Shown here piece by piece: positions 30,931 to 43,117 of a DNA stretch of 64,000 nt. Every line of letters begins with the position of its first letter. Position 1 is the first letter of the stretch. The notes under the pieces are model-generated. The model ran no database searches. It was not told the DNA's origin and saw nothing but the letters and a program-made list of their open reading frames with translations. The stretch spans positions 2,503 to 66,502 of the forward strand of contig JAKFXL010000036.1 of the NCBI GenBank assembly GCA_021731365.1. The letters run 5' to 3'. The position numbers and the translations under genes were made by a program. Origin of the DNA: Gammaproteobacteria bacterium. GTDB taxonomy: Bacteria; Pseudomonadota; Gammaproteobacteria; Tenderiales; Tenderiaceae.

Positions 30931-30963
30931 CGCCGCCCCGGCTCAGCCAGGGCGGCGTTTTTA
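30931..30963. terminator. bidirectional rho-independent terminator (folD / small ORF)
   Basis: CGCCGCCC-11 nt-GGGCGGCG stem with T-runs on both strands. Confidence 0.75.
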
Positions 30964-30982
30964 TTGGTGGTGAGGATGGCTT

Positions 30983-31852
30983 TTAGTGGTCGCTCAGGCT
31001 CTCAGCGACATACAGGGTGTTTTGTAGCAGGGTGGCGATGGTCATGGGGCCAACCCCGCCCGGCACTGGGGTGATCCAGCCAGCACGTTGTGATGCCCCT
31101 TCAAAATCGACATCGCCCACCAGTTTGCCACTCGCCAGACGATTGATGCCAACATCGATCACCATCGCCCCTTCCCTGATCCAGTCGCCGGGGATGAAGT
31201 CGGGTTTGCCAACGGCCACCACCAGCACCTCAGCGCGGCCAACATGGGCCTTTAGATCTTTGGTGAAGCGGTGGCAGGTGGTGACGGTACAGCCTGCCAG
31301 CAGTAGCTCCAGCCCCATGGGGCGGCCTACGATGTTGGAGGCGCCGACAATCACCGCCTCTTTGCCCTTGAGCTCTTCACCGGTATGTTCCAGCAGCGTC
31401 ATGATCCCCCATGGGGTGCAGGGGCGCAGCTTGGGGATACGTTGGGCCAGCAGGCCGACGTTGTAGGGGTGAAAGCCATCCACATCTTTATCGGGGTGGA
31501 TACGTTCGATCACCTCCTCCGAGATGATCTGCGGCGGTAGCGGCAGCTGTACTAGGATGCCATCAATCTCAGGGTCCTGATTGAGCTGGTCGATCACCGC
31601 CAGCAACGCTTCCTGAGTGGTGGTGGCTGGCAGGTCGTAGGATTTGGAGAGAAAGCCCACTTCCGCACAGGATTTACGTTTGTTGTTGACATAGACCTGG
31701 GAGGCGGCATCCAGCCCCACCAGCACCACGGCCAGTCCGGGGCGGCGCTGCCCCAGGCTGAGGCGGTGATCAACGCGCTGTTTGACGTTGCTGCGGATCT
31801 CGGCGGCGATGGCTTTACCATCTATGATCTTGGCTCTCATGGGGGCTGTCAT
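30983..31852 (-). CDS. folD: bifunctional methylene-THF dehydrogenase/cyclohydrolase
   Basis: true start [17 protein letters not shown] at 31852; the ORF track's N-terminal extension is spurious. Confidence 0.9.
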   Translation of the reverse strand: MTAPMRAKIIDGKAIAAEIRSNVKQRVDHRLSLGQRRPGLAVVLVGLDAASQVYVNNKRKSCAEVGFLSKSYDLPATTTQEALLAVIDQLNQDPEIDGILVQLPLPPQIISEEVIERIHPDKDVDGFHPYNVGLLAQRIPKLRPCTPWGIMTLLEHTGEELKGKEAVIVGASNIVGRPMGLELLLAGCTVTTCHRFTKDLKAHVGRAEVLVVAVGKPDFIPGDWIREGAMVIDVGINRLASGKLVGDVDFEGASQRAGWITPVPGGVGPMTIATLLQNTLYVAESLSDH

Positions 31853-32032
31853 GGCTGGGTAATCAATCCGGTGCTGGAAAAACGCCAAATGATACCAGAA
31901 GTGGTGCGTTGGCTGAACGTGCCACTTCTGACCAATGTTATTCAGTGGCAGGGTTTGCCCGGCGAAATGGATTAAACTTATCCTGTTGCTCGCGGTTGGC
32001 GGCACGAATTTTCAATCTGGGGAGTGGGGATA

Positions 32033-32988
32033 TGTTGTTTGATGTTTTTAACGGTGATGCGGATGGCCTGTGTGCACTGCAGCAGTTTCGATTGGCCACA
32101 CCCGCCTCAGCCACGCTGGTGACAGGTGTAAAGCGAGACATCTCCCTGCTGAAGCGTGTTCAGGCCAGCGCCGGTGATGAGGTGGCGGTATTTGATATCT
32201 CCCTGGATAAAAATAGAGAGGCGCTACAGCGGTTGCTGGAACAGGGGGTGAGGGTTCGCTATTTTGATCATCACTTTGCCGGAGAGATTCCAGAGCATGA
32301 CAATATGGAGTCATACATCGATGTGGCAGCTGAGACCTGTACCAGCCTGATAGTTAACGGCTACTTAAAGGGGCGTTTTTGCGCATGGGCAGTGGTGGGG
32401 GCCTTTGGCGATAACCTGGATACCAGCGCTCGTCAGGCGGCGGCTGACCTGAAGCTGTCAGAGGCGCAGCTTGCCTCCCTGTGTGAGTTGGGGATCTGTT
32501 TGAACTACAACGGTTACGGCGCGGCGCTTGACGACCTCTTTTTTACACCGCAGCAGCTCGCTGAACGGATGCGTCCCCATCTCTCGCCGTTTGATTTTAT
32601 GGCGGCGGAGCCGGAACTGTTTGCCACGCTGCAAAACGGGGCCGAGCAGGATACCGCCAGGGCCAGGGCGGTGGCCCCGGCAGTGGCGTCGGACAACGTG
32701 GCGGTTTTTCTCTTCCCGGCCGAGCCGTGGGCGCGGCGGGTATCAGGCGTCTTTAGTAATGAGCTGGCAACGGCACACCCCAATCGTGCCCATGCGTTAT
32801 TGACGGCGTTGCCACAAGGGGGGTTTGTGGCCAGTGTGCGTGCCCCCTTAAACAACAAACAGGGTGCTGATGAGCTGTGCCGCGCCTTTGCCACCGGGGG
32901 CGGGCGCAAGGCGGCAGCGGGTATTAATGAGTTGCCAGAGAGTCAGTACACGACCTTTGTGAATGCGTTTCAGACGATGTACGGTTAG
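32033..32988 (+). CDS. DHH-family phosphoesterase-like protein (hypothetical)
   Basis: GGAG RBS then ATG 32033; 'FNGDADGLCA' and 'YFDHH' motifs resemble DHH motifs I and III. Confidence 0.5.
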
Positions 32989-33066
32989 CGGTTTTTATCT
33001 CATGTGGCCGGAGATGAGCGGCTATTGGAATTGACTTTGGTGCGAACTGATAGAGAGGGTGAAGCG

Positions 33067-33504
33067 ATGGTAGAGCAATATTCCCATATCCTGCTGGCGA
33101 CTGATCTTTTAGACGATAGTGAGGGGGTGGTGGCACGGGCGGCAGAGCTGGCGCAACGTTATAGCAGTCGGCTGAGTGTGATCCATGTGGTGGAGCAGGT
33201 ACCTGTCTATTTTGGCAGTGAGCTGGCGATGCCAGCGGTGGAACCTATTGAAATACAGCTGGTAGAGGTGGCGCGTGAAAAGATGGCGGCCCTGGCACAG
33301 TGGTTGGGCATTGATCCGGAGTGTTGTCATGTGGAGGTGGGTGCCACCAAGTCGGGAATACTGTCGTTTGCCGAGCGTGAACAGGTGACGTTGATTGTCA
33401 TCGGCAGCCACAGTCGCCATGGTCTGGGACGGCTGCTGGGGGCGACGGCTAAAAGCATCCTCAACGCTGCGGTGTGTGATGTCCTGGCGGTGAAGATCAA
33501 ATAG
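33067..33504 (+). CDS. universal stress protein (UspA-like)
   Basis: MVEQYSHILLATD..., C-terminal 'GSHSRHGLGRLLGATAKSIL'. Confidence 0.75.
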   Translation: MVEQYSHILLATDLLDDSEGVVARAAELAQRYSSRLSVIHVVEQVPVYFGSELAMPAVEPIEIQLVEVAREKMAALAQWLGIDPECCHVEVGATKSGILSFAEREQVTLIVIGSHSRHGLGRLLGATAKSILNAAVCDVLAVKIK

Positions 33505-33541
33505 GGGCCACCGTGGCAGCCCCTGTTTGATGTGCTGTTGT

Positions 33542-33865
33542 TTAGCGCTCCAGAAACTGGAGTTTGTCAGGCACGCCGTCCCACTCGGCAGCATCAGCGG
33601 GTGGGTCCTGCTTTTCGGTTACCACCGGCCAGATTTTTGTCAGCTCGGCGTTGAGAGCGATGAAATGTTGCTGATCGTCGGGCACGTCATCCTCGGCAAA
33701 AATAGCCTTGGCCGGGCATTCTGGCTCGCATAGTGCGCAGTCGATGCACTCGTCTGGGTCGATGACGAGAAAGTTTGGCCCCATATAAAAACAGTCCACG
33801 GGGCAGACCTCAACACAGTCGGTATATTTACATTTGATGCAGTTGTCCGTTACTACAAACGTCAT
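33542..33865 (-). CDS. fdxA: ferredoxin I (7Fe, [3Fe-4S][4Fe-4S])
   Basis: 107 aa, '[25 protein letters not shown]' is the classical Azotobacter-type FdI. Confidence 0.9.
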   Translation of the reverse strand: MTFVVTDNCIKCKYTDCVEVCPVDCFYMGPNFLVIDPDECIDCALCEPECPAKAIFAEDDVPDDQQHFIALNAELTKIWPVVTEKQDPPADAAEWDGVPDKLQFLER

Positions 33866-33916
33866 GATGAACTCCTATGGGCCAATTTTAAGGTAAAAGC
33901 GTAAACCGTCATCTAC

Positions 33917-36511
33917 TTATGTACTGAGGTCTGCCAGTTTTTTCAATTCGTACAGTTTATCGAGTGCCTGACGGGGTGTGAACTCATCAGGGGACAATTC
34001 ATCCAGCGCTGCCAGCAGTGTGAGCAACGGTTGCGCTAACGGTGGTGGCGAATCAAACAGCCCCAGCTGCGGTGCGTTTTTTGTCCCGCTCTGTTGGGGC
34101 GCACCACTCTCCAGCTGTCGCAGTTTGACCTTGGCGGCCTGAATGACCGCTTTAGGCACACCGGCCAGTGCTGCCACCTGCAGGCCGTAGCTCTGGTTGG
34201 CGGGACCAGGTTTGACGGCATGCAGAAAGACGATGCTGTCGCCATGCTCCACTGCATCAAGGTGTACGTTGACCACATTGCCGTGCTGCTCTGGCAGGGC
34301 GGTCAACTCAAAGTAGTGGGTGGCGAACAGGGTATAGGCAGAGACCTTTTTTGCCAAGTGTTCCGCGCAGGCCCACGCCAGCGACAGACCATCAAAGGTG
34401 CTGGTGCCACGGCCAATCTCATCCATAAGGACCAGACTGTTTTCGCTGGCGTTGTGGAGGATGTTGGCGGTTTCGGTCATCTCCACCATGAAGGTGGAGC
34501 GGCCACCAGCCAGATCGTCAGAGGCCCCGATGCGGGTGAAGATACGGTCAATAGGCCCTAGTGTCACCGACTCTGCCGGTACAAAGCTGCCGATGTGGGC
34601 CAGCAGGGTGATGAGCGCCGTCTGACGCATGTAGGTTGATTTACCCCCCATGTTGGGGCCGGTGATGATCTGGATACGTTGCTCGCTGTTGAGCCGGGTA
34701 TCGTTGGGTACAAACGGGCCGTCGAGATTCTGCTCCACCACTGGGTGGCGTCCGGCGATGATCTCTATCTGAGGTTCGGATGTCAGCGTGGGTCGACTCA
34801 GATTCAGGGTGTCAGCACGTTCAGCCAGATTGGCTAGCACATCCAGCTCGGCAATGGCGGCGGCGCTGGTCTGCAGGTCGGCAAGGTGTGGGATCAGTGA
34901 CTCCAGCAGGGTTTCGTACAGCGCCTTCTCCCGCGCCAGCGCCCGCTCCTTGGCGCTAAGCGCCTTATCCTCAAACCCCTTTAGCTCCGGTGTGATGTAG
35001 CGTTCGTACCCCTTGAGTGTCTGGCGGCGGATGTAGTCGGCGGGTACTTTGTCGGCCTGTGCCTTGCTTACCTCTATATAGTAGCCATGCACACGGTTGT
35101 AGGCGACCTTGAGGGTGGGAATGCCGCTGCGGATCTTCTCCCGCTGTTCGAGATCGAGCAGATATTGCCCAGCATTACTACTGATGCCACGCAACTCATC
35201 CAGCTCTGCATCGTAACCGGGGGCGATAACCCCGCCATCACGGATGATCACGGGCGGGTTGTCGATCACGGCCCGCAACAGGTGTGCGTGTAGTTCTGGG
35301 TATTGTCCCATCCGTGCAGCGATATCCTCAATCAGCGGTGACGAGAGGGGCTGGATCTGGCGGTGCAGGGCCGGCAGCTGTGCCAGGGTGTCACGCAGTT
35401 GGGCGAGGTCGCGGGGGCGGGCCGACTTCAGGCCGATACGGGCAAGAATGCGTTCGATGTCGGCGATGGTCTGCAACTGCTCCTGTGGGGGTTCAAAATT
35501 GTGGTTTTCCAGCAGGGTGTCGATGGCGTGCAGGCGTTGATTCAGAATCTGGTGATCACGTAACGGTCGGTTGAGCCAGCGCCGCAGCAGGCGGCTACCC
35601 ATGGCGGTGGCGCTGCGATCCATCACATCGAGCAGGGTATTGTCGCGGCCACCGAACAGATTGACCTCAAGCTCCAGATTGCGGCGGCTGGTGGCATCCA
35701 TCACCACACTATCTTCACGCCGTTCGACGCTGATCCCCTGAATGTGGGGCAGGGCGGCGCGCTGGGTCTCCTGGGCGTACTGCATCAGACAACCGGCGGC
35801 ACAGAGGGCGCTGTTCATGGTGTCGCAACCAAAGCCGTGCAGATCACGGGTACCCATCTGGGCAGTGAGCAGGCGCACGGCGGTCTCGAACTCAAAATGC
35901 CACGGCTGCTGTTGCCGCACCGGGTAGTGGGCCTCTAGCGTTAACATGCGGTTTAATGCTTCGCTGACCAGCAGTTCGGCGGGGCGGATACGCTCCAATT
36001 CGTCGTTGAGAGCCTCTTTGCCCGTCACCTCCATCACAACGAGGCGACCAGAGGTGAGGTCGAGGGTGGCAATGCCAAAGTTGTTGTCGTGACGGTGTAC
36101 GGCGGCGAGCACGTTATCCTGGCGTTCGTTGAGCAGCGCCTCGTCGGTGACAGTGCCGGGGGTGATGACCCGCATCACCTTGCGCTCTACCGGTCCTTTG
36201 GAGGTGGCCGGGTCCCCTACCTGTTCACAGAGTGCAACGGACTCACCCTGCTTGACCAGCCGTGCCAGATACCCTTCTGCCGCGTGGTAGGGGATGCCCG
36301 CCATTGGAATAGGCTCGCCTGCTGATTGGCCGCGGGAGGTCAGTGTAATGTCGAGCAGCCGTGCCGCCTTGCGGGCGTCATCAAAAAAGAGTTCGTAAAA
36401 ATCGCCCATGCGGTAAAAGAGCAGCATGTTGGGGTGCTCGGCCTTGATACCCAGATATTGCTGCATCATGGGGGTGTGTTGAGAACTGGTTTTATTGGCG
36501 CTGTTACTCAT
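33917..36511 (-). CDS. mutS: DNA mismatch repair protein MutS
   Basis: 864 aa, Walker A 'GPNMGGKST'. Confidence 0.95.
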   Translation of the reverse strand: MSNSANKTSSQHTPMMQQYLGIKAEHPNMLLFYRMGDFYELFFDDARKAARLLDITLTSRGQSAGEPIPMAGIPYHAAEGYLARLVKQGESVALCEQVGDPATSKGPVERKVMRVITPGTVTDEALLNERQDNVLAAVHRHDNNFGIATLDLTSGRLVVMEVTGKEALNDELERIRPAELLVSEALNRMLTLEAHYPVRQQQPWHFEFETAVRLLTAQMGTRDLHGFGCDTMNSALCAAGCLMQYAQETQRAALPHIQGISVERREDSVVMDATSRRNLELEVNLFGGRDNTLLDVMDRSATAMGSRLLRRWLNRPLRDHQILNQRLHAIDTLLENHNFEPPQEQLQTIADIERILARIGLKSARPRDLAQLRDTLAQLPALHRQIQPLSSPLIEDIAARMGQYPELHAHLLRAVIDNPPVIIRDGGVIAPGYDAELDELRGISSNAGQYLLDLEQREKIRSGIPTLKVAYNRVHGYYIEVSKAQADKVPADYIRRQTLKGYERYITPELKGFEDKALSAKERALAREKALYETLLESLIPHLADLQTSAAAIAELDVLANLAERADTLNLSRPTLTSEPQIEIIAGRHPVVEQNLDGPFVPNDTRLNSEQRIQIITGPNMGGKSTYMRQTALITLLAHIGSFVPAESVTLGPIDRIFTRIGASDDLAGGRSTFMVEMTETANILHNASENSLVLMDEIGRGTSTFDGLSLAWACAEHLAKKVSAYTLFATHYFELTALPEQHGNVVNVHLDAVEHGDSIVFLHAVKPGPANQSYGLQVAALAGVPKAVIQAAKVKLRQLESGAPQQSGTKNAPQLGLFDSPPPLAQPLLTLLAALDELSPDEFTPRQALDKLYELKKLADLST

Positions 36512-36681
36512 TAAATTGCCTGACTATTGCTCCCTGAGAGCGGCATTTTAACTCAGCCAGAAGATGGATGCCGCAGCTAACTTTGCCTGTAGGTGAAATT
36601 TTGGGCGAAGTTGATGTGTAACTGCGAAAAAACAGGCGTTATGAAGAACAGTGGTTCAGTGCAACATGGCTGAAGGCGGTG

Positions 36682-36957
36682 TTATGCAGAGAGTTGAAGG
36701 TGTAGCTCTTTGTATTTCTGATAAGAGATCACATTGTCACACTTGTTGAGTGAGGCGGTCACCGCTGATCGGACCACGGTCTTCTCCTTGACTGTGGTCT
36801 CTTCCCATTCATGAGGATAGATGGCAATAATCTCAAAATCACCCGGCCATGGATCGTAGGTGAGCATGGTCGCCACCTCTTCCAGCTCTTCTAGGACCTC
36901 TCTCATTAATAACTCTTGTTCGGCGGTACCGGAGATGCTTCTCTGATGCAGCTTCAT
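36682..36957 (-). CDS. hypothetical small acidic protein
   Basis: 91 aa, located in an AT-richer pocket between mutS and suhB. Confidence 0.35.
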   Translation of the reverse strand: MKLHQRSISGTAEQELLMREVLEELEEVATMLTYDPWPGDFEIIAIYPHEWEETTVKEKTVVRSAVTASLNKCDNVISYQKYKELHLQLSA

Positions 36958-37123
36958 GACATAAACCTCACTCTCGTTCTTCCCCTTTATCGGCGTTTGC
37001 CGGGGTGAACTTGAACCCGTTGAGGGTAAAAAAGGTGGTAAATGGTCTGTTTAAAACAGGGGTATGACAGTTCCCCACCGGCAGCCGCTGATAGCGGTGC
37101 CGGCGGGAAATGGGTTGGGTCGG

Positions 37124-37924
37124 TTATAGCGCCCGGAGCTCGCTGGCGTAAGGGTGCAGTGCCTGCACCATCGCCTTGAAAACCTTAGGGTTGGCGGCAA
37201 TGACATGGCCGGTTTCGAATATCTCGTGACCACCATATATATCAGAGACCATGCCCCCGGCCTCTTGAATCAGCAGAATCCCGGCGGCCATATCCCACGG
37301 CTTGAGGTCGAGCTCCCAAAAACCATCCAGCCGACCAGAGGCGACATAGGCAAGGTCTAACGCGGCGGAGCCAGCGCGGCGAATGCCGGCAGTAGGGATC
37401 ACCATCTCTTTCAGCATCTGCAGGTAGATATCCAGAAAACGCTGGTTTTTGAACGGGATGCCCGTTCCAATAAGCGCGCCATCCAGGCTGTTGGCCTTGC
37501 TGACACGTAGGCGGCGGCCGTTGAGCTGCGCCCCCATGCCACGACTGGCGCTGAAGATCTCATCTTTGAGCGGGTCAAAAACAACTGCATGCTCCAGCCG
37601 TCCGCGCTGCTTTACGGCAATGGAGACGGAGTATTGTGGGAACTGGTGAAGAAAATTGGTAGTGCCGTCGAGGGGGTCAATAATCCACTGGAACTCATCC
37701 CCGGTAGCGTGTTCACCACTCTCCTCAGCCAAAATTCCATGGTCAGGGAAGGACTTGCGAATGATCTGGATAATCTCATCTTCGGCTTGCCGGTCAACTT
37801 CAGTGACATAATCGTGTTGTGATTTGGTCTGGATGTTGAGGCTGTCCATGCGGCTACTGGCGCGGGTAATCACAGTGCCGGCTTGACGGGCGGCGCGGAT
37901 GGCAATGTTAACGATAGGATGCAT
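37124..37924 (-). CDS. suhB: inositol monophosphatase
   Basis: 266 aa, 'WIIDPLDGTTNF'. Confidence 0.9.
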   Translation of the reverse strand: MHPIVNIAIRAARQAGTVITRASSRMDSLNIQTKSQHDYVTEVDRQAEDEIIQIIRKSFPDHGILAEESGEHATGDEFQWIIDPLDGTTNFLHQFPQYSVSIAVKQRGRLEHAVVFDPLKDEIFSASRGMGAQLNGRRLRVSKANSLDGALIGTGIPFKNQRFLDIYLQMLKEMVIPTAGIRRAGSAALDLAYVASGRLDGFWELDLKPWDMAAGILLIQEAGGMVSDIYGGHEIFETGHVIAANPKVFKAMVQALHPYASELRAL

Positions 37925-38042
37925 GCGGAGGCTTCAATGATGTCAAAAATGGGGCGCTAAGAATACCAGAGAACGGCCCCTGAATGTGAAGGGCTTAACC
38001 TTTTTTATAGGGTCGGCCAAGAATCGGCTAGAATGACGCCCC

Positions 38043-38777
38043 ATGAAAACGAACATCAGAATTGTACTTATTAATACCAGCCATCCTGGCAATATCGGCG
38101 CAGTCGCCCGAGCGATGAAAAATATGTGCCTGGAGCGGCTCTATCTTGTTGAACCGAATGACTTTCCGAGTGCTGAGGCCACTTCGCGGTCGTCGGGCGC
38201 GGATGACCTGCTGGCACGAGCAGTCGTCTGCTCCACCCTGGAAGAGGCGCTGGCAGGGTGCCACTTTGTGGTGGGGACCAGCGCCCGCAATCGTAGTCTC
38301 AGCTGGCCGGTGATGGCACCGCGTGAATGCGCCGCGCGGTTGGTGGAGGAGAGCGTAGCGGGCGAGGTGGCGCTGGTATTTGGGCGCGAGGATTCGGGCA
38401 TGACCAATGAGGAGCTGGAGCGTTGCCACTATCTGGTGAGCATTCCCAGCAATCCCGATTTCTCATCACTCAATCTTGGAGCGGCCGTTCAGGTGCTCGC
38501 TTATGAGTTGATGGTGGCTACGCCGCTGGCAAAATCGGTGTCGGAAGAGGAGGGCCGTGACCTGGCAACAGCGGATGAGATGGAGTCCTTCTTTCTCCAC
38601 CTGGAGCAGACCCTGGTGGACCTGGAGTTTCTTGATAACAGCCAGCCCCGTAGGCTGATGAGGCGGTTACGCCGATTTTTTAACCGGGCACGCCCTGATC
38701 AGACCGAGGTGAATATTTTACGTGGTGTACTTGCGGCAGCGCAGGGGCGTAAGCTTAGCCGCGCCAAGGGTGTATAG
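38043..38777 (+). CDS. trmJ: tRNA (cytidine/uridine-2'-O)-methyltransferase TrmJ (SpoU family)
   Basis: 244 aa, '[24 protein letters not shown]'. Confidence 0.85.
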   Translation: MKTNIRIVLINTSHPGNIGAVARAMKNMCLERLYLVEPNDFPSAEATSRSSGADDLLARAVVCSTLEEALAGCHFVVGTSARNRSLSWPVMAPRECAARLVEESVAGEVALVFGREDSGMTNEELERCHYLVSIPSNPDFSSLNLGAAVQVLAYELMVATPLAKSVSEEEGRDLATADEMESFFLHLEQTLVDLEFLDNSQPRRLMRRLRRFFNRARPDQTEVNILRGVLAAAQGRKLSRAKGV

Positions 38778-38851
38778 CTGATTGGTTTTATTTTCAGTAT
38801 GGCGTTAATATGGGTTTTTTAACCAGTTCGTTGTCAAGGATGGGGGCATTA

Positions 38852-39661
38852 ATGGTGTTTCAACGCATCCGCGAAGATGTTCGGTGTGTGTTTGACCGTG
38901 ACCCTGCGGCACGCAACGTGTTTGAAGTGCTGACAACATATCCTGGGGTTCATGCGGTGATAGGCCATAGGGTAAGTCACGCGCTTTGGAACATGGGACT
39001 GAAATGGCTGGCGCGGATGAACTCCACACTATGTCGCTGGCTAACGGGCATTGAGATTCACCCTGCCGCCACCATTGGCAGGCGTTTTTTTATAGACCAT
39101 GGTATGGGGGTGGTGATCGGTGAGACGGCCGAGATTGGCGATGATTGCACCCTCTACCACGGCGTGACGCTGGGGGGCACCTCGTGGAACAAAGGTAAAC
39201 GCCACCCCACGTTGATGAATAATGTGGTGGTGGGGGCGGGTGCCAAGGTACTGGGGCCTATTACACTCGGTGATGGGGCCCGGGTGGGTTCCAACGCAGT
39301 GGTTATAAAGGACGTTGCGCCGGGCAACACGGTAGTGGGTGTGCCGGGGCGCATTGTTAATGACGTGGATAGTGAGAAAGATGCGCGGCGTCAAGCCGTT
39401 GCCAAAATGATCGGTTTTGATGCCTACGGCATGCATCAAGGCACAACTGATCCGGTTGTTCAGGCGATTAACCACATGCTTGACCATATTCATGCGATGG
39501 ATTCGAAGATGGGCGATATGTGTAAGGCGATTGAACAGCTTGGGGGCGAGGTAGATGGCGCTCCATTGCCTGTATTGAATTCGTGCGAGATTAAAGAGGG
39601 AAGTGGACAGGAGGCTGAGCCGAGGGAGGAGGCGGCAAAGCGCGGGATAATACCTGATTAA
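38852..39661 (+). CDS. cysE: serine O-acetyltransferase
   Basis: start [21 protein letters not shown]...; hexapeptide repeats '[28 protein letters not shown]'. Confidence 0.85.
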   Translation: MVFQRIREDVRCVFDRDPAARNVFEVLTTYPGVHAVIGHRVSHALWNMGLKWLARMNSTLCRWLTGIEIHPAATIGRRFFIDHGMGVVIGETAEIGDDCTLYHGVTLGGTSWNKGKRHPTLMNNVVVGAGAKVLGPITLGDGARVGSNAVVIKDVAPGNTVVGVPGRIVNDVDSEKDARRQAVAKMIGFDAYGMHQGTTDPVVQAINHMLDHIHAMDSKMGDMCKAIEQLGGEVDGAPLPVLNSCEIKEGSGQEAEPREEAAKRGIIPD

Positions 39662-39674
39662 AATAGTCAGGAAA

Positions 39675-39699
39675 ATACTTGACCATTTTAGTTGGATAA
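39675..39699 (+). promoter_or_regulatory. IscR type-1 binding site in the iscR promoter
   Basis: ATACTTGACCATTTTAGTTGGATAA matches ATASYYGACTRwwwYAGTCRRSTAT; a TATAAT lies 12 bp downstream. Confidence 0.55.
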
Positions 39700-39775
39700 A
39701 GTACTGTTCATATAATGATGAAGCATATATATGGTGTATTTGATTGCCACCATATGAACATCAAGAGGGTTAATC

Positions 39776-40270
39776 ATGAGACTTACAACCAAAGGTCGTT
39801 ACGCAGTTACCGCAATGTTGGATCTGGCAATACATGCTAACGATGCTCCGGTACCTCTGGCAGAAATTTCACAGCGCCAGGGGATTTCACTGTCTTATCT
39901 CGAACAGCTCTTTTCACGTTTGAGACGCCAAGGTCTGGTAGACAGCGCACGCGGCCCTGGTGGAGGCTACCGTTTGGCCCGCCCAGCGAGTGAAATTGCA
40001 GTAGTTCATGTTATCAACGCGATTGATGAGAATGTAAACGTGACGCGTTGTGGCGGCCAGGCGGATTGTCAGGATGGAGACCCCTGTCTGACACATGACC
40101 TGTGGTGCGATCTGAGCAACCAGATCCATGAATTTCTCTCCAGTATTAGTCTGCAGCAGCTGGTGGAGCGGCGCACGGTGCGTGAAGTAGCTGCGCGTCA
40201 GGATAGTAGGCAGCAGACTATTAAGTACAAAGCGGCCGGGACTGAGAGGGATTTTGCTGTCTCTAGTTAA
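39776..40270 (+). CDS. iscR: Fe-S cluster assembly transcriptional regulator IscR (Rrf2 family)
   Basis: 164 aa, '[18 protein letters not shown]', Cys ligands C-x5-C. Confidence 0.95.
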   Translation: MRLTTKGRYAVTAMLDLAIHANDAPVPLAEISQRQGISLSYLEQLFSRLRRQGLVDSARGPGGGYRLARPASEIAVVHVINAIDENVNVTRCGGQADCQDGDPCLTHDLWCDLSNQIHEFLSSISLQQLVERRTVREVAARQDSRQQTIKYKAAGTERDFAVSS

Positions 40271-40300
40271 GGTTTTTCAGCAAGTTATGCAGGTGGGTCT

Positions 40301-41443
40301 ATGAGCGTATATCTCGATCATAATGCCACCACGCCGGTTGATAGGCGGGTGTTTGAGGTTATGTTGCCTTATCTGCAGCAGCATTATGGGAACCCCTCGG
40401 CGCTCTACCGCCGTGGCAGATATGCGCGACAGGCGGTTGAAACCGCCCGGGAGCAGGTGGCCCAGCTGGTCAATGCCCACCCCTCTCAGGTTGTGTTTAC
40501 CAGCGGCGGTAGTGAAGCCAATGGTTTGGCGATCAGGGGGGCAATCCCTAATATGTACTCTTTGGCTGTCAGTGCTGTGGAACACGCCTCTGTGCTGGAG
40601 AGCGCTCAAGCGGTTGCCCGTCAAGGGGTAAAGCTGGGGATTGTCGCCGTTGATGATAATGGCCGGGTGACTGAGTCCGCGCTGGCCTCTGCGTTGACGC
40701 ACCAGCCGCAGCTGGTCTCGGTGATGGTGGCCAACAATGAGACTGGGGTGGTTCAGGACATTGCTCAGTTAGCGCTGTTGTCCCATGCCCATGGCGCTCT
40801 GTTCCATACGGATGCCGTGCAGGCTGCTGGAAAGATGGTTCTGGACTTTAAGTCGCTGGGCGTAGATTTGATGACTTTGTCGGCCCATAAGCTCTATGGG
40901 CCAAAAGGGGTGGGGGCTTTGATCTGCGATAGTCGGGTTGAGTTGACGCCTCAGATCCTGGGTGGCGGCCAAGAGCATGGTATGCGTTCTGGTACTGAAA
41001 ATGTGGCCGCCATTGTGGGTTTTGGCAAGGCCGCTGAGTTGGCTGGCTGTGAGTTGGATATTCGCCAATCACATGTGAGTGGTTTGCGAAGCAGTCTGGA
41101 GCAGCAGTTGGCCCAGATGGGTGAGGTGGTGGTGTTTGCCCAACAGGTACAGCGCCTACCCAATACAGTGTTTTTGGCGATTCCGGGTATTGACGGTGAA
41201 ACGTTGTTGATGGAACTCGATAGGATGAACATCGAGGTCTCCAGCGGTTCAGCGTGTGATAGTCGTAAGATTGGCCCCAGTCATGTGTTGTTGGCAATGG
41301 GCGTTGATGAGTTGATAGCGCGCTGTTCGATACGAATCAGTTTTGGCCGTGATAGCAGCGAAGCTGACGTCACAGCGCTGGTGTCCGCGCTAAAACAACA
41401 GGTAGAGACCCTGCAATCAGCATCGTTGCTGGCATGGGTTTAA
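40301..41443 (+). CDS. NifS-like cysteine desulfurase (extra paralogue between iscR and iscS)
   Basis: 380 aa, class V aminotransferase fold, 'SAHKLYGPKG', 'SSGSAC'. Confidence 0.8.
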   Translation: MSVYLDHNATTPVDRRVFEVMLPYLQQHYGNPSALYRRGRYARQAVETAREQVAQLVNAHPSQVVFTSGGSEANGLAIRGAIPNMYSLAVSAVEHASVLESAQAVARQGVKLGIVAVDDNGRVTESALASALTHQPQLVSVMVANNETGVVQDIAQLALLSHAHGALFHTDAVQAAGKMVLDFKSLGVDLMTLSAHKLYGPKGVGALICDSRVELTPQILGGGQEHGMRSGTENVAAIVGFGKAAELAGCELDIRQSHVSGLRSSLEQQLAQMGEVVVFAQQVQRLPNTVFLAIPGIDGETLLMELDRMNIEVSSGSACDSRKIGPSHVLLAMGVDELIARCSIRISFGRDSSEADVTALVSALKQQVETLQSASLLAWV

Positions 41444-41476
41444 AGCAATGAACAACAGATGTTGTGGAGATAAAAG

Positions 41477-42691
41477 ATGAGATTACCTATCTATTTAGAC
41501 TATTCGGCGACTACGCCAGTGGATCCTCGGGTTGCTGAGAAGATGATGGCAAGCCTGACAATGGACGGTAATTTTGGTAATCCCGCTTCACGTTCCCACG
41601 TTTTTGGCTGGAATGCGGATGAGGCTGTGGCTGTGGCGCGCCAGCAGGTGGCGGCGTTGATTAATGCCGACCCTAAAGAGATTGTCTGGACCTCTGGTGC
41701 CACTGAGTCTGATAACCTTGCTATTAAAGGTGCGGCTCATTTTTACCAGCGTAAAGGTAAACACATTATCACCAGCAAGACCGAACATAAGGCAGTGCTG
41801 GACAGCTGCCGTCAACTCGAGCGCGAAGGCTTTGAGGTGACCTACCTTGATCCGGAGTCTAACGGCATGATTGATCTTGCCAAACTTGAAGCCGCGATGC
41901 GTGAAGATACTATTCTTGTTTCCATCATGCATGTCAATAATGAGATTGGTGTGATTCAGGATATTGCCGCGATTGGTGAACTAACCCGCGCACGTGGAAT
42001 TATTTTTCATGTGGATGCTGCTCAGAGTGCCGGCAAGGTCGCTATTGATCTTGATAAGCTGAAGGTTGATTTGATGTCTTTTTCGGCCCATAAAATCTAC
42101 GGACCTAAAGGGATTGGTGCTTTGTATGTACGGCGCAAGCCGCGTATTCGCATTGAGGCACAGATGCATGGTGGCGGCCATGAACGTGGCATGCGTTCTG
42201 GTACTTTACCAGTCCATCAGATTGTGGGTATGGGAGAGGCCTTCCGTATTGCTAAGGATGAGATGGCGCTGGAAAACAAGCGTATCCGCCTGCTTCGTGA
42301 TCGTCTTTGGAACGGATTGGTCGGGATGGAGGAGGTCTATCTGAATGGTGATGCGCAGCATGGTGTTGATGGTAATCTGAACGTGAGCTTCAACTTTGTT
42401 GAAGGAGAGTCGTTGATTATGGCCGTGAAAGATGTGGCGGTCTCATCCGGGTCGGCGTGTACTTCAGCCAGTCTTGAGCCCTCCTATGTATTGCGTGCGA
42501 TTGGCCGTAACGATGAACTGGCCCACAGCTCGATCCGTTTCAGTATCGGTCGGTTCACCACGGCGGATGATGTGGATTACACCATTCAGTTGATGAAGGA
42601 TAAGGTTGCCAAGCTTCGTGAAATGTCGCCCCTGTGGGAGATGTACCAGGATGGTATAGATTTGAATAGCGTGCAGTGGGCCGCCCATTAA
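41477..42691 (+). CDS. iscS: cysteine desulfurase IscS
   Basis: 404 aa, '[10 protein letters not shown]', '[19 protein letters not shown]'. Confidence 0.95.
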   Translation: MRLPIYLDYSATTPVDPRVAEKMMASLTMDGNFGNPASRSHVFGWNADEAVAVARQQVAALINADPKEIVWTSGATESDNLAIKGAAHFYQRKGKHIITSKTEHKAVLDSCRQLEREGFEVTYLDPESNGMIDLAKLEAAMREDTILVSIMHVNNEIGVIQDIAAIGELTRARGIIFHVDAAQSAGKVAIDLDKLKVDLMSFSAHKIYGPKGIGALYVRRKPRIRIEAQMHGGGHERGMRSGTLPVHQIVGMGEAFRIAKDEMALENKRIRLLRDRLWNGLVGMEEVYLNGDAQHGVDGNLNVSFNFVEGESLIMAVKDVAVSSGSACTSASLEPSYVLRAIGRNDELAHSSIRFSIGRFTTADDVDYTIQLMKDKVAKLREMSPLWEMYQDGIDLNSVQWAAH

Positions 42692-42724
42692 GTGAACGTC
42701 TAGTTAATTTGAGAGGAACAGATC

Positions 42725-43108
42725 ATGGCCTATAGCGATAAATTAATGGATCATTACGAGAACCCCCGTAATGTGGGTTCGTTTGAAAAGACAGATACGG
42801 CGGTTGGCACGGGCATGGTGGGTGCGCCCGCCTGTGGCGATGTCATGAAGTTACAGATCAAGGTGAATGAGCAGGGCATAATTGAAGATGCCCGCTTTAA
42901 AACCTACGGTTGTGGCTCAGCGATTGCCTCCAGTTCCCTGCTGACAGAGTGGGTGAAGGGTAAAACCTTGGATGAAGCGTCGCAAATTAAGAATGTTCAG
43001 ATTGCTGAAGAGTTGGCTCTGCCACCGGTGAAGATTCACTGCTCAGTGCTGGCTGAAGATGCCATCAAGGCAGCGATTGAAGATTATCAAAAGAAACAGC
43101 AGAAATAG
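42725..43108 (+). CDS. iscU: Fe-S cluster scaffold IscU
   Basis: 127 aa, 'GAPACGDVMKLQ', 'LPPVKIHCS'. Confidence 0.95.
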   Translation: MAYSDKLMDHYENPRNVGSFEKTDTAVGTGMVGAPACGDVMKLQIKVNEQGIIEDARFKTYGCGSAIASSSLLTEWVKGKTLDEASQIKNVQIAEELALPPVKIHCSVLAEDAIKAAIEDYQKKQQK

Positions 43109-43117
43109 GATATTGCC

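Noticed and set aside
31909-32032. N-terminal extension of the DHH-like ORF back to 31909
   Set aside because: A GGAG RBS and an ATG at 32033 fit better. The extension would place the start inside the folD promoter region.
37081-37106. imperfect palindrome CCGGCAGCCGCTGATAGCGGTGCCGG downstream of suhB
   Set aside because: The stem is mismatched and is followed by GC-rich sequence rather than a T-tract. At best a weak terminator.
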